A stretch of DNA of 64,000 bases from Klebsormidium nitens (lineage: Eukaryota; Plantae; Klebsormidiophyceae), in contig DF236993.1 in the NCBI GenBank assembly GCA_000708835.1, positions 230,307-294,306 on the forward strand, given 5' to 3'. Below, in pieces: positions 49,288 through 61,900 of this stretch (position 1 is its first letter; each line of letters starts with the position of its first letter). The notes beneath the pieces were generated by a model. It was not told the DNA's origin, ran no database searches, and worked only from the letters and a program-made list of their open reading frames with translations. Made by a program: the position numbers and the translations under genes.

Positions 49288-49578
49288 CCGTATAGTCCAA
49301 CGTGATGATTCCGAACGAATTTATTTCGAATTATTTTTTACAATCCGACCAGGAAAGTGGAATTATTTATGCTGATTCCGACCAAAATCCGAATGCCCTA
49401 TGCTCTCACTCAAAAGGGGAGTTTTTGGCTGCTTTTGGCAGTTTTACGGCTTCCGAGGACCATTTCAGGGTTCTTTTACCTTTCCGAATTTTTACTTTCC
49501 GAGTGGGAGATCCAAATTTCTGACTTTCCGAACGCAGATAATTATTTATTTATTCGGAATCGTCACGTTGGACTACGG
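49288..49578. mobile_element. About 290-bp MITE with TA target-site duplication (Tc1/mariner-pogo type ends)
   Basis: Left end TA|CCGTATAGTCCAACGTGATGATTCCGAA; right end reverse complement TA|CCGTAGTCCAACGTGACGATTCCGAA. AT-rich interior with repeated TCCGA motifs and no ORF. Confidence 0.8.
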
Positions 49579-50010
49579 TAATGGCGACCACGGCACTGCA
49601 CACGTGAATGATTAAGCTTGCATGTGTGTACTGACCGTACCTTCGTTCGACTCGATCTTGCTTGAGTCTTATTCTCCACTTAGCAATGAAGGCGGTGATC
49701 ATTGGATGCGGCCGCCAGTCTGGAGCTAAGAGTACTGAGATGATTCTTGGAATCACTTGGATTTCATGTGGCTTGTGACACAGCCCGCACAAGCATCGAA
49801 CCAACGTTCATGCGATTGAAGGCGCCTAAATTGTCAGAAGCTAGAGGGTATGCGGGCTCGTACACAGCTTATGGTTCGATAACTTGACGCCGTGTCGAAC
49901 TGAAAGATACTCCCTTTACTTGTTGCTCAAGCAACTAGGCATCATGTCGGTGAGCACAACAAGCTTAGGCGTCTAAATCAAGTGACTAAATAAGAACGGG
50001 AGCACTGAAC

Positions 50011-53000
50011 TCATACACCAGGTGGAGCCTTCCCGAGTTCCTCGTCTGTCACCTGAACGTCCTCAAGACCCTCCCTGCCAACGTGTCAGAGCACATGATC
50101 ACAGGTCCAACTACAAGAATTGAGCCTGTTGAAAAAGAGCTCAAGCTGCCAACAAGAAGTTTCAGACTCTGCTTGGATCTTATCAAGCAGACAGGACACC
50201 GCAATCGGCATCCGCATCAAACCCCAGATCCCAGGTTTGCGAACAAGATCTATCCATTTCAGAGGCCCGAGTACCTTCCCCGATCAAGCACCAAAGTTCC
50301 TCGGCGTGGCTTTCCTCTTTCTCTCAAAACAGACACAAGCATGCTCCTGCGGTCAGCACGGCTCACCGGCTCTTTGCTTGCTTGACTGCCTCGTAGGCTG
50401 CTTCCCGCATCGCCTCGACCGTGTCGACCGTCTCCTCGTAGTCCACCGTATCCTCCAAGTGCTCCTCGTCAATCATCTCGAGGTCGTGCCTGGAAAGGCA
50501 TTTCGCGGTTTTAGGGTTTTCGAATTTTAGGGGTTTAGCTCGGGAACTGACATCAGGTTAAGCAGGGTTAAGGTTGAGAACACTCAGAGTGGGCGTCGGG
50601 GTTTGCCTGACGTCAGCCATCATCTCCGACTGCGTTACAACGTCAGCATGACGGCGTCACAACATCAAGGAATACGGATTCGATGGCAATCTTGTGTGGA
50701 ATATGGCACCGAGGAACCCGATTCGGCAATGCATGGGTTACGCCCTTTCCGACGGGAAGGGGGATGAGCTGCGGAGTATAGCACGATCGGATGCTGAAAG
50801 AAGCAGCTTCAAAGGTACGGAAAGCAAGATCAACGAAAACGAGCGTAGAAGAGCGGGGACGAACATTAAGCCCAGGCTGACGTGGCAAAGAGCAGAGCAG
50901 CTCGAACAATGGAGACTCGACTTGAGCGAACGAACCAACATGAGCAGAGAAAAGCGTCAAGCCCAAATGTGAAGACGCTAGAAGGCAGGCTTGATGACGA
51001 ACCCAGAATGTTGATTAATAAACTTGTAACGAAATTGGGAGTATGAAAAAAAAGATTAAGGTTCGTGAACTGTCTAGCCGTCAAGCATCATCGTGAAGGC
51101 TGAGATGGAAAAGCACAGGACGATAACAATTTGTTTTTTGAAATGGTCAAAGAAAAGCGAGCGGAGGTGGGGCTCAGAAGAGAAGCGGAACAAAATCACT
51201 GAAGCTCGGATGAAGGTTGTCTATATTCTTCAACAACCAAGCTTACAAATATGGTACGCCCTCATTTCAATCTGCTTATCTGCTTATAACCATATCGAGC
51301 AGGAGAGAATCAAACCGACCTTCTTTGATTAGCCGGATGGTATGCCGGAAGCTGTAGTCATGATACCACATTAATAGTCACAAGCAATATTGAATGGGAC
51401 GAAGAGCAGAGCTTTGGAAGCACTTACTCTGCAAACTTCTTATCCAGCTCTGAGTCGTAGACACTGAGGCCCTGCTCGTCGCTTGTCTTGAGCGTCCGGC
51501 CCAGCTGCTTTTCGACCTGGTCCAGCGTGCCTAGCAAGATGGCGTCGATGTCCTCGTCCTGATCGATGCCGACTCTGCACACACACAGAGGGATGAATGA
51601 AGTCAGCTTCATGGCTGACACCTGATGAACCTCACAAATACCTTTTCGTGTTCTTCGTTTGCAAACTCCACAAACTAAAGTAGAGAATCTCCTGACTCGT
51701 TAAGGCCAGTAGGTGTACATGGATCTACCATTGCTTTACTCAGCGAAGGACATTATCCATGACATTCAAACCGTTGGGCCGCCCGTGTAACTACTCTGGC
51801 CACAAACCCCTCATGTACAGAATCTGACTCGAACCTTCAGGACTCGGTCATCTTTCAATGCTCACCAATCCAAACCTGCTCAAATCCTGAAAACACTACA
51901 CTCAAGACAACTGCAGAGAGGATGACAAGGCCAGCAATTTAGAGTAGCAAGCTTGGCCCACCCGTGGAGAGCAAGAACTTACATTGTTCTGATTTTCTTG
52001 GTCTCGAGCAAGTACTCTCGTAAAGTGTCGGCGTCTTCAAAGGCTGATGATAGCAGGTCGTCAACCTTCTCGATGAAAGTGGGAATCCCCGCTCTGCAAG
52101 GGCAGATGTCTCACCAGTCAGTACCATCGAACTGGATCAAGCAGCAGCCTAACAAAGGATTGAACCTGTATAGCACAACCTTGATGTCTAGGTACATTGA
52201 AACTCGACACTGCTCGGGACTTGCAGAAAGCATCCTTTGGGCCAGATTACCTCTATTTACTCTGTGTCGCATGGTGAAAGCTTGAGAGGCCGCAAGCTGA
52301 AAGCTTGAGAGACCTGCAAGTCGCAATGCAGTGGCGCATAAAGGTCCAAACTTGCAAGAAGTCCTGGCCACTTACTTGTGCTTGATCTCTCTGAGTTGCA
52401 GTGTGAACGCCTCCATGGCTGGCCTGTCGTCAGGGTTGAGGGGGATTTTCACCTTCTTGAGCTCCTCCAATACTGTTTTGACTTTCTTTGTCTCGTCGAG
52501 GAAGATTTGCTTGACCGGATCATCTGCACGCCAATTCCAGACAGCTCAACTCCAATGATCATCCCTTTTTCTGATTGGATTCTGACTAAGATTCGTGAAC
52601 AAACAAATCAACATTAAGCAGGATCCACCCCCAACATGACGAAGATGCCTCGCTCATTGTAGATGGTGTAAGCGACTCGGTGCTTTTTCCTTTCAAAAAC
52701 ACTTCAGCCCCAGAGGGTGGCCTGCTGCAAAGTGGTCCTACTCAATGAAAGCTTGGCTTAACTGATGGTGACACTCCATGTGCAATGAAAAAGCAAAGCA
52801 AAGTAAACCGTTTGAGAGTGCTGACCTCCTTCTTGTGCGGGGGCTGCCTGTGCATAACCTCTGCTCGGCGTGCTTGTGACAGCGCTCACCAGTGGCCGCG
52901 CCTGAGGAGAGTGCAAACAAATGAGCCACCAAACAAAGACAAACTTTGCACGCAGAAACCCCTGGAGAATAGGCCCGGCAAACGAGATTCAGCAGAATTG

Positions 53001-53211
53001 ATCGAAACAACGCTGCTTCTTCCCACTTCGTGCTGTTGAAATAGCTTCAAAGTGTACTTCCTCTGACCACGCTATGCCCTTAACAGGTGCAAGGCTGGCC
53101 GATAGTTTAGGAAAATCTCGTCAACGTTGCTGATTGGTGTGATTAGACCCATCTTCTGCCACCTTACATCGGGTTTTTAAGAAGCGAGCCGCTCAATTGA
53201 CGAGCAAACAT
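50011..53211 (-). CDS. Mitochondrial ATP synthase 24 kDa subunit (plant FAd/MGP1-like), multi-exon
   Basis: Exons encode RGYAQAAP, DPVKQIFLDETKKVK...KVKIPLNPDDRPAM, ADTLREYLLETKKIR, GIDQDEDIDAILLGTLDQVEKQLGRTLKTSDEQG and EAMREAAYEAVKQAKSR, colinear with the plant FAd subunit as I recall it. The N-terminal exons (53211, about 53080) are less certain. Confidence 0.82.
50509..50538. repeat. Interstitial telomere-type TTTTAGGG motifs (telo-box-like) next to an acceptor
   Basis: TTTTAGGG at 50509-50516 and 50525-50532. Confidence 0.6.
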
Positions 53212-54375
53212 TGATCAGCTTGTGTCACCCAGTACGCTGATCGCAAGAGCTTTGATCCAGGGGTTATGCTGTCAATAAGTCTGATACTCACAGTTTGCCC
53301 AGATTCAACACGCCGGCACCAAATAGAACCGGCAGCACGAACTTTTGTACTATCAGATGCTACTGCAAGCTTCTATGATGTTCAAAATGTAGATGACCTG
53401 CTCAACAGATTGTGTCCCATAGCGTGCATTCAGATGGACAGAACAGTACATGCACAATTTGGCAGCGGATTTCTTCCAATAAGCAACAACATCAACCCTT
53501 GACGAGGCACTGCATGTCAGGTATCCAGCCGTCAAGTAGTAACCGCAGAGCTGAGCATCTCCGAACTAATCCTCTGAACATATTCAAAACTGCATAAGTG
53601 CATTGGTGTGTGCACCGATCCCAACAAAATGCAATCAAAAAAGGCAGCAAAAGGCGGAAGCCAATTGATAGGGGGAGGCGGAACACAGCTATGCACCATT
53701 ACCAAGATTAGGGTAGAAAACTTTCAACCTGAATGCATACCTGTCGGAAGGCCGACCGCGCTGTCCTGAACATCATAGCCATCTTGCTTGATCGGACAAT
53801 GCTACAATTGGTCTAGAAGAAGCAATGCACCGACGAGATCCAAGCAGCCCAAAGCTGGTTGATGTGTACGTCAATGTAATGTCATATAAACGATGGTCAG
53901 CAAGTTCGAGGAAAGATCAGATGGTCCTGCGCCCAGATGCACGTTGCTTTTGCGCCTGCCGATCAACTTTTCACTACCCCAATAACTGGACACAGACCTC
54001 TCCTCAATTGACTAAACCTTTGATCAAAACCTGGCTTTTTGGAAGGTCCACCAAGATCCTTTTGTTGGCCCAGTTCCTTGCTTTGAACGTGGAGCGGCGC
54101 AGCTAGGGAGCATCAGCCAAACTCAGAAGGAATGTAGATAGCTCTGCAAAGGCGGTCTCGAGTGTGCTTCTTCCGTTGTCGTGGTGATCAATAGATGGAT
54201 GATTTCTCAAACGAAGCAGGATCCAAAGCAAGGCAGTCAGTACGCACGCTCTGGGACCAGCCAGAAAAAGTTCAGATCGATGGGGGCAGCCCCCAACTTT
54301 GACCCTCTGGATCGTCCGATGGGGTTAGCATTAAATGCTCTCTGGCAACCGCAAATGTAGACCCTAAAGTTTGCT

Positions 54376-54412
54376 GGCGACGCCCTCCGGTAATTAAAGT
54401 GAGGGCGTCGCC
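54376..54412. other. Perfect 12-bp inverted repeat with a 13-nt loop in a divergent intergenic region
   Basis: GGCGACGCCCTC ... GAGGGCGTCGCC. Confidence 0.8.
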
Positions 54413-54975
54413 GCGTTCCCGAACTTTCGTCTTGACACAGCCTGCCAACTGGGCACAGAAAAGGACGGTGGTGTCAAAGCCCCAGACTGACTGAAGGCAT
54501 ATTCTGTGAGAATGCAGCCGGCCTACGAGAACCATCTCAGCCTACTTTTCTAGTATTATTTTCAGTGGACGTCTGATTTTATAAGCACATTACCTAAAAG
54601 TCGGACGGAACACATGCAGGCACCGGAGATTTCCATACCGTACAAATAAAGTTTTACAGAATCTTCATACGTGAAAAAAAATCTGCTTGAGCATTTCATA
54701 GAAACTTCGCACAGGATTGGAGTCGGAGGAAGACGACGAATCAACAAGAGCGCGCCAAATCCTGGCACTGCCAGGGCGGCGCAGCGGCACTGCAGCCTCA
54801 GGGCCCCTCTGTCGATCCTGGGGAAAAGGTGGAGGCTACTGAGCCACGGTGCAATCCGCTGAGGTTCAGAGATAGAGCCAAAGAGAGGCAGGGCTTGCAA
54901 GTTTACGGCAGCATATAAGGCCGGTCGACCGCCAACCATCTTTAGGGTTCTACAGTGCATTCCCCTGCTGCAGAG

Positions 54976-57504
54976 ATGCCTTTCGAGATCCTGGTCGCGG
55001 GGGCGGAGCTTGCTGAAGTGGGATGGAACGCGTACCAGCACAGGCAAGAGCACGTTCACACCATGGAGCATGAGGACGCCACCACAGAGCGGGAGTTGAC
55101 GTACATCAAGCACGAGAATGCACGGTTGCAAGCCACGGTTGAGGAGTATAAGAAGGCGTTAGAAGAGCTGCAAGGACGCACGGAAAGCACTGAGAGGTTG
55201 AAGCACGCTCTCAGCACACGGGAGGGCACATTAGGGGTAAGTGTCCGAGATAAAAGTGGTGAAGCCCGCGTCTTATTTGGTGCTGGCTCTTGCTGCTTGT
55301 GGTGCCAAAAGTTGAGAGTTGCATTCTTCCAAGCAGGACCTTCTGGTATGAATATGGCCTTGGCGCTGGTTGTGTCTGTTTGTGAACAAAATACTGTTCT
55401 GATTTTTTGAGGAACAATGTCCACAGATGCGTCGAACGTCTGAACTTTCACCCCCGGAATTACAATGAAGAGATCAGGTCAAGGCACACAAAGAAGTTCT
55501 TTCAAAGTGCAGATGTGGTATTTACGTTCTGATGTACTCCTTTAGCAGGTTATCTTTGCGAGCATAGCAGACGAGGGTAAATGACGGCAATGAAGCCCGT
55601 TGAGGTGGACTGAACCACCTTTTTCCCTGAGTACTTTATTACCGGTATCTCCCACACATGAACTCATGTTCGTTCATCAAATGCTGCTGCAGGTGTTTGA
55701 GCAGATCCAGAAGCGTGTGGACTCCCCCGAGTTTCTTGAGAAACTTGTTCGCACGGCCGATGCGGGGGCAGAGTCAACGAAAAGCACGGTCGTCCATACA
55801 AAAGGTATAGCCACTTGTCCTATCAGACTTTCTCAGAAGCCATGGTATTCGTTGAAGTGCAACAGTGAGCAAAGTTGCCTCTTTCCTCCTGTATGTTCTA
55901 TGTGTCTACACCCTTTTCCAAGAAGCGAGCGGTGCGGGAGCTGAGGAGACCCTCAGTTGTGATATGGTCCTGCTTAGTACTCATCAAGCCAGCCGCATCT
56001 GATCTTCGTAATGGGGACATGTTATTCAAGTTTCATGCCTCCAGTAATCTCTCAATCTTTCTCCTTTAGTCCTGTGCTACAAGAACATTCCAAGATTGAA
56101 GGCTCTTCATCAACAAGGCAAAGCTTGTTTTTCTTTCGATGTGACTACCAAGTTTATGTTTGGATCATTACAGGCCGCTTACTTGACGCCCAAGACAGCC
56201 CTGAAATTTCACAATTGCGTTATGTGCCAGAAGTTGCCCTGTTGTCTCTAAAAGATTGCAAATGGTCTCTCGCTGAAGGTTTTTGTGCCATAGTCAGTAT
56301 CTGAAACCCCAAGGAGGCTGAAAGATCAAAGAGATGACTTGATTTGTTTTTTTAACATTTAACACAGATCTTTTCACCCTGTGCAGACGGGGTCTCAGTA
56401 CAAGTCGATGTGAACGACCCCTCCTGGTGGGAGTTGGTGACGGAGCAAGACACGTACGGGGGCCCCCCAAAGGAGGACCTCGAGCATAGCCTGGACGGGG
56501 AGGCTTACGTCATCGTCGACCAGGATGACGTCATCAACGGCATCGCCGATTTCGTGGCGCACTACCTCATCACGCTGCCGCAGACGGAGGGCATGCCGCC
56601 CAAGGAGCTCCAACAACGTGAGTGTTTCATGTCGGCACTCGCAATCCTTTTTGTACAAAGCATTCTGCTCAACTGCTTGCAGTGTTCTTCAGCATCCCGT
56701 CGACCTGGGCAGGTTCGTGCAGGAGTTTACGGAAGGTATCAATGTGACGAGTTGGCGGCAAGTTCTGTGGTTCGTGTCGAAACCTGCAGCAGTTGTGGGA
56801 AGAGTTGGCCCAAAAGCTAACTTTTGCCTGAATATCGCCACTGCAAGTCCATTGTCTCTTTGAAGAAGCGCACGCCTTGCTCCCACTCCGTTCAATTGGT
56901 GTGTCCGGGGGCCTGCCTCCTTGTCTCGTCCATTGAGAAAGGTATGGGGAGTGAGAGTCCATAAGAGAGGATTCCGTGGACTTGCGAAAACTGACTTTGG
57001 CTGGCTCGCCCCGTGCCTGCAGTGCTATCCCAGGCGTTCACGGAGTTGCGCAAGAAGAACAGCTACCGGAGACTGTGGGACTGGGGCCGCTTCCTGTACA
57101 ACACGGCGTGCTGGGCTACCACTGCGTTCGGGTGAGCTCATCGATGAGCGATGAAAAGGCGCAAACCTGCGAAGGTGGCGGAATCATATAGAGTCTGTAG
57201 CCATCTGCCTTCGTGTCTGGCTGCCAATCACTGTGGGTGCTTTGCTTCGAGCTTACCCAATTGTTTTACATTCAGCTGCACACTTGTTGAGTTATTCGCC
57301 AATCGCAGAGACTCGTCATCTTCGTTTCAATTGTCTGTCGAACTTCGAGGAGAATGGGCGTGAGACAGGCGTTCATCGAATCGGTTTTGAGCGACCGCAT
57401 GACTTCGTCGCATGCGCAGAATCTACCGCAACCCAATTGTTGTGCGCGCTGCCGTTGTTGGAATGTGGACGGCGTCGAGGATAATCCTGGGCTTCTTCCG
57501 GTAA
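54976..57504 (+). CDS. Uncharacterised plant-type protein with N-terminal coiled coil and C-terminal hydrophobic helix
   Basis: MPFEILVAGAE..., DPSWWELV, AYVIVDQDDVINGIADFVAHYL, PKELQQ, RRLWDWGRFLYNTACWATTAFG, IYRNPIVVRAA...FFR* (TAA 57502-57504), joined by GT-AG introns. Confidence 0.78.
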
Positions 57505-58949
57505 CCAAGGCAAAAGAGGAAGCTTGCGGACTTGGATGACTACCAAAAGCTGTGTGGGTTGACACGTTATTCACGTCCTTAATCTTGGACAGCTTGTTTG
57601 TACACGAGAGAACATTCGTCATTGGGTCGTGCTCTGGCCCGATTGTGGAAGTCAGCTTGTCTAGAAGCGAGAAAGTATATAGAACAGGTATCAGGAATGC
57701 TAGGGCAGCGGGTTAATACTGCAGAGAATGCAGAACGCAGATCCTGCCCGAGGTTAATGCTCAGCAGACACCGCGAGCAGTGTACATAAACAGGTCGCCT
57801 GTATTTTTAACTAATCAGTCTGGTTTTTGTACGGAGCTTGTGCAGTTCAACCGAGGGGTTTGGACTCAATGATGGCCTGTCCAGCTACTCATGATCAGTT
57901 TGGCAAGCCGAGCTACTTGACATGCATGGGGCTACCGCATGCCACGCATACAAATGCACAACGTGTAATTGCAGCTTTGCAAACGCTCTTGATCGAGGAA
58001 AAGAGTTCGACGCGCGAAAAAGTGCACGGTTGCCCGCACGTATATACCGATCTGCAAATGAAGAGCAATTTGCATGTTATCAAACATGATGGATTGAACC
58101 GGTGCAGTATACTGAGCACAATCGAGTCCGAGAACTCTTTGTGCGCGGCGCAACTCGCAAGCTGACGTACGTATGTCACATTGATGCACGATAAACATGC
58201 CGGACGCGATCAGTGATTGTGACATATGTGACGCGGCCGTCGAAAGGCTGAAATTAAATGCGCGTACAAAGACTCGCGCGCTTTGCAAAGAAAGCTCTAT
58301 TATGAAATAAATTGTAAATCAGGCCGTTGAAGGAACTCAGTGTGCATGCGTACTGCATCAATGGAATGCATATGATCGATCGAACCTTCGAAAAAGCTAA
58401 TGCAATGATCACTGGATTCGCGTACGTGCACGACATTGAACAAATGTGAACATATTCATTCCAACATTTGTCACTGCTACCATGATGATCATGATAACGA
58501 GTGATATATCGCGTTCAAGTAACAATCCGCAACTGCATGCAGGTGAGCCGCGCACCGCACAGCTAAATTCTCTGAGCAATTGACTTTCATCAGCAACAGG
58601 CTTAGCGAACTTAGCCCATAACAAATGGACGAGTGCGATCCCACGCCATAGTCGTTGATGACGGTTGCCGTCATCCTTCGTGTGGGCCGCCACGTGGTAC
58701 ACCAATTCATTACCTAACGGAATTCGGCAGCTGAAAGGAGTTCCTCATCCTTAGCCCTCGTTATTGGTGGTTGCGCCTGAGTCACATCCCGTGGCGGCCT
58801 AAACAGAACATACTGTCCGGTCAAAGGCGCCCCTTTGCTCCACCAAAGTCCTTGAGCACTTTGCAGCAAGCCACTCCCTGCATGCACACCCAACCTCGAC
58901 AATTGACACCAGATCCTTTCTATCCAGGCTATCTGAAATCTCACAGCCG

Positions 58950-61900
58950 TCACTTTTCTTCACTCTTTCCACCTCCGACCGCGGCCTCCCCCGTCGAGCG
59001 CAGCTCTGCCCCCGCGTCCGTCAGCTTCTCTTCCAAGAACTTCTTCACCGACTCGAGCGCGCTGTACGTCGTCCGTTCATGCTCGTCCACCCCCGCGGAG
59101 AGCTCCAAGCAGCGGCAGTACTCTTTGTTCTTTCCCAAATTCGCCCAGCTGAATCCCGTCTTCTGCGCCTTTCGCACTGGCCGGCCCCCGCGCTCGTCCC
59201 GCTTACCCGCGCGGCCGCCGCCGCCGCCCCGGGCCATCATGCCGGCGATGCCACGTCCCCCGCTGACGTCAGCACGCGCCCCGCGAATCCCGTCGACGTC
59301 GCCGCGCGCCGTGCTGGCGTCAGCGCCGGAGCCGGACGGGCCCGCTGTGACGTCATCGTCGGCGGCTCGCCCAGCGAACTTCAAGAGCGTCTCCTTCATC
59401 GCAGGGTCCGTCTCCCGCTCGGCTGCCGCCATCAGACCGCCCTTGTCCGAAATCTCGAATACCTGTCCGGTCTCGTCCGAAGTAACGTCCGGCCCGCTTC
59501 CGCCGGCCGCCTCTTCCATGCTGACGTCATCGTGTCCCGAAATGACGTCCTCCTTTTCGCCGCCAACAATGTCCTTTTCCAGGCTGACGTCGTCCTTTTC
59601 CCTGCTGACGTCAATCGCCTCCTCCTCGAAGAACCCTAGCCCTGCGGCAGTGGCGCCGACGTCAGCAGCAGAGACCTCTCTCTCCTCCGAATCCTTCGGA
59701 CCGACGATCACAGCCTCGCTCAAACCTTCTGTCCTCTCTCCATCTGATCCCGTCCCCTCCATTCCACCACTTTGCTTCGCTTTTCCCGTCTTCTTTCCTG
59801 ACACTTCCTCCAAGACTTGGTCATATACGTTCATCGGCTCCGACTCCGCCTCTGGCTCCCGCTCCGTTTCCGTTTTCGTTTCCGTTTCCATTTCCGTGCC
59901 CGTCTCCGTGTGTATTTTCTGCCCCGTTCTGACACCGGTTCCCATTGCAGCCTTCGCTCCAGGTGTCCAAGCGGGTTGCATTTCCCCTTCCGTTTCCGAT
60001 TCCGGATCCTTGTCTTCCGCCGGAAGATACGCCTTCTCCATCAGCGTGTTAAGCGGTGCCTCGCTCTGTGCCCAGTTGACGCAGTGCCGGACGAAGAAGC
60101 GCTTCGAGGCGGACGAGAGAATGTCCGGGCCCCACGTGCCATGCACCGAATCGGTAAAGGCGATGCAGCGCAGGCGGGGCAATACCTCCTCCTCTGCGGA
60201 AGCGACGATAAGATCGTAAATCTCGTGAGAATATTGTCCGGATATTGGTTCAGGGACTCCGAATGAAGTTCAGAGGCAGCCTGGCCTTGAGGAGATGGAT
60301 GCCAGCAAAGGCGGGCCACCACTCTTTACACACTTAAACGTGCCAGAAGGGAAGTCTGGTCGACGTCCGAAAGGTGCGGTTTTGTCCTCTCCATAGGCGC
60401 CATCTTGACTCGCAAAAGAATCGTGGGAAAGACACATCAAAACCAGCTGTTGCAGCCAGACGATCGGCTCCAAGATTGGGAGCATCTCTTGCGCCCCCTG
60501 CGGCTCAAGGTAGCAATGTTCACTCCTGGCTCCCCTACGACTATAACTATGTGAGTTTCCGAGCACTCTTCTGAACTCTGATAAATGGACAACAAAGAAG
60601 CGCGCCAAACCCTCATCAAGAGAAACCAAAGCTCATATTAGTTGTCGAAGACCCACATACGAAGTAGTCATAGGCGCCCACTCCTCACCGCGTTCGCTGA
60701 GCAGCCGGCACGCGCACACCCCCCCGTACGAGTGCGCGACCATCGCCACGTGTTTCACCGGGAGTCCCGCAATCACTTGATCCCACGCTTGAACCACGTG
60801 CAGTTCCGCGTTCATTCTCGCGCCCCCAGAGAGCCGGAAATTGGGATTCAGAACGACGGTTGCGACTTCGCGCTGCGCCGCCCAAACTAGGAGTGGGATG
60901 ACGGAGCCCTGATGAAGGGAGTCGTTCATGCACAGCTTGCGGGCCCACTGGCCGGCCATCACAGCACCGCTGGAAAAGCACAGGACGTCGGAGTCTGATT
61001 TGAATGTCCGATTCTCCACTGAAATAGTCGTCAACTTCTGAACGAGAGTTTGATTTGGGCAGGTTTTGAATGTTGCACAGAAGAGTGTACCAAAACAAGC
61101 GGACTCAAGATTGAAAGAAAAGCAGACCTAATAAGGCGTTGAGAAAGCGCTGCACATGGGATTGGCGGGTCAGGAGACGTTTTCAAACTCGTAAGTGACC
61201 AGCTTGAGGCCCCCCGGATCGCCAATCACAGACCACTGGAAACGCACAGGAAGTCAGATTTGGATTGAGTATCTGAATTTGGCAAGCCCTCAATAAGGCA
61301 GAAGTGAGCATCACATAAGCAGATTGAAATTTGGGAAGCAAAGTGGAAGTGATAGACACTGCACACTTCAGGGCCCCACAATCCAACCGTCACGGCTCCA
61401 TTGAAGAAGCACAGGATGTCGAAGTCAGGGAGTACTGGAATTGGGCGGCTTTCAGTGTTACACGGAAGACTCTCCAGACAAGTTGGGCTCAGGTTTCAGA
61501 AGACAGCAAGACTAAATGATACGACAGGGCCTCAGTGAAGCACTCCAGTTGAGGGGTTTGGAGGCTGCCTCGAAGAGATTAGAGCTGGTTCTAAGTCTTG
61601 AAGAGGCTGTAATGGCAGGATGCTGAGACTCTACGAAACTTTCAAGGTTCGAGGCACTTGGAGTCAAAAGCATGATAAGAAGCTCCGAAGTGCTCAACAG
61701 TTTACATAAGAATGTGGGCAGCATGAAAGCAATGCAAGAGCAAGAAGATGCTTATACGAACAATCATATTGGGTCATCTCCAAAGCCAGAGACAGCTTTA
61801 TATCAGCGGCTTTAGGAGTGGCAGCTGCTGGGTTTTCTGGCTTAGGTGTTTCGGCAAGAATTGGGCATCAGACCCTGGACGGTAGGAACCCAATCGGAGG

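Noticed and set aside
50694-50972. Plus-strand ORF inside an FAd intron
   Set aside because: Complement of a pyrimidine-rich intron; no homology recognised.
58771-60219. 482-aa plus-strand ORF
   Set aside because: Antisense shadow of the GC-rich ARB2-like exon; Ser/Pro-rich with no family signal.
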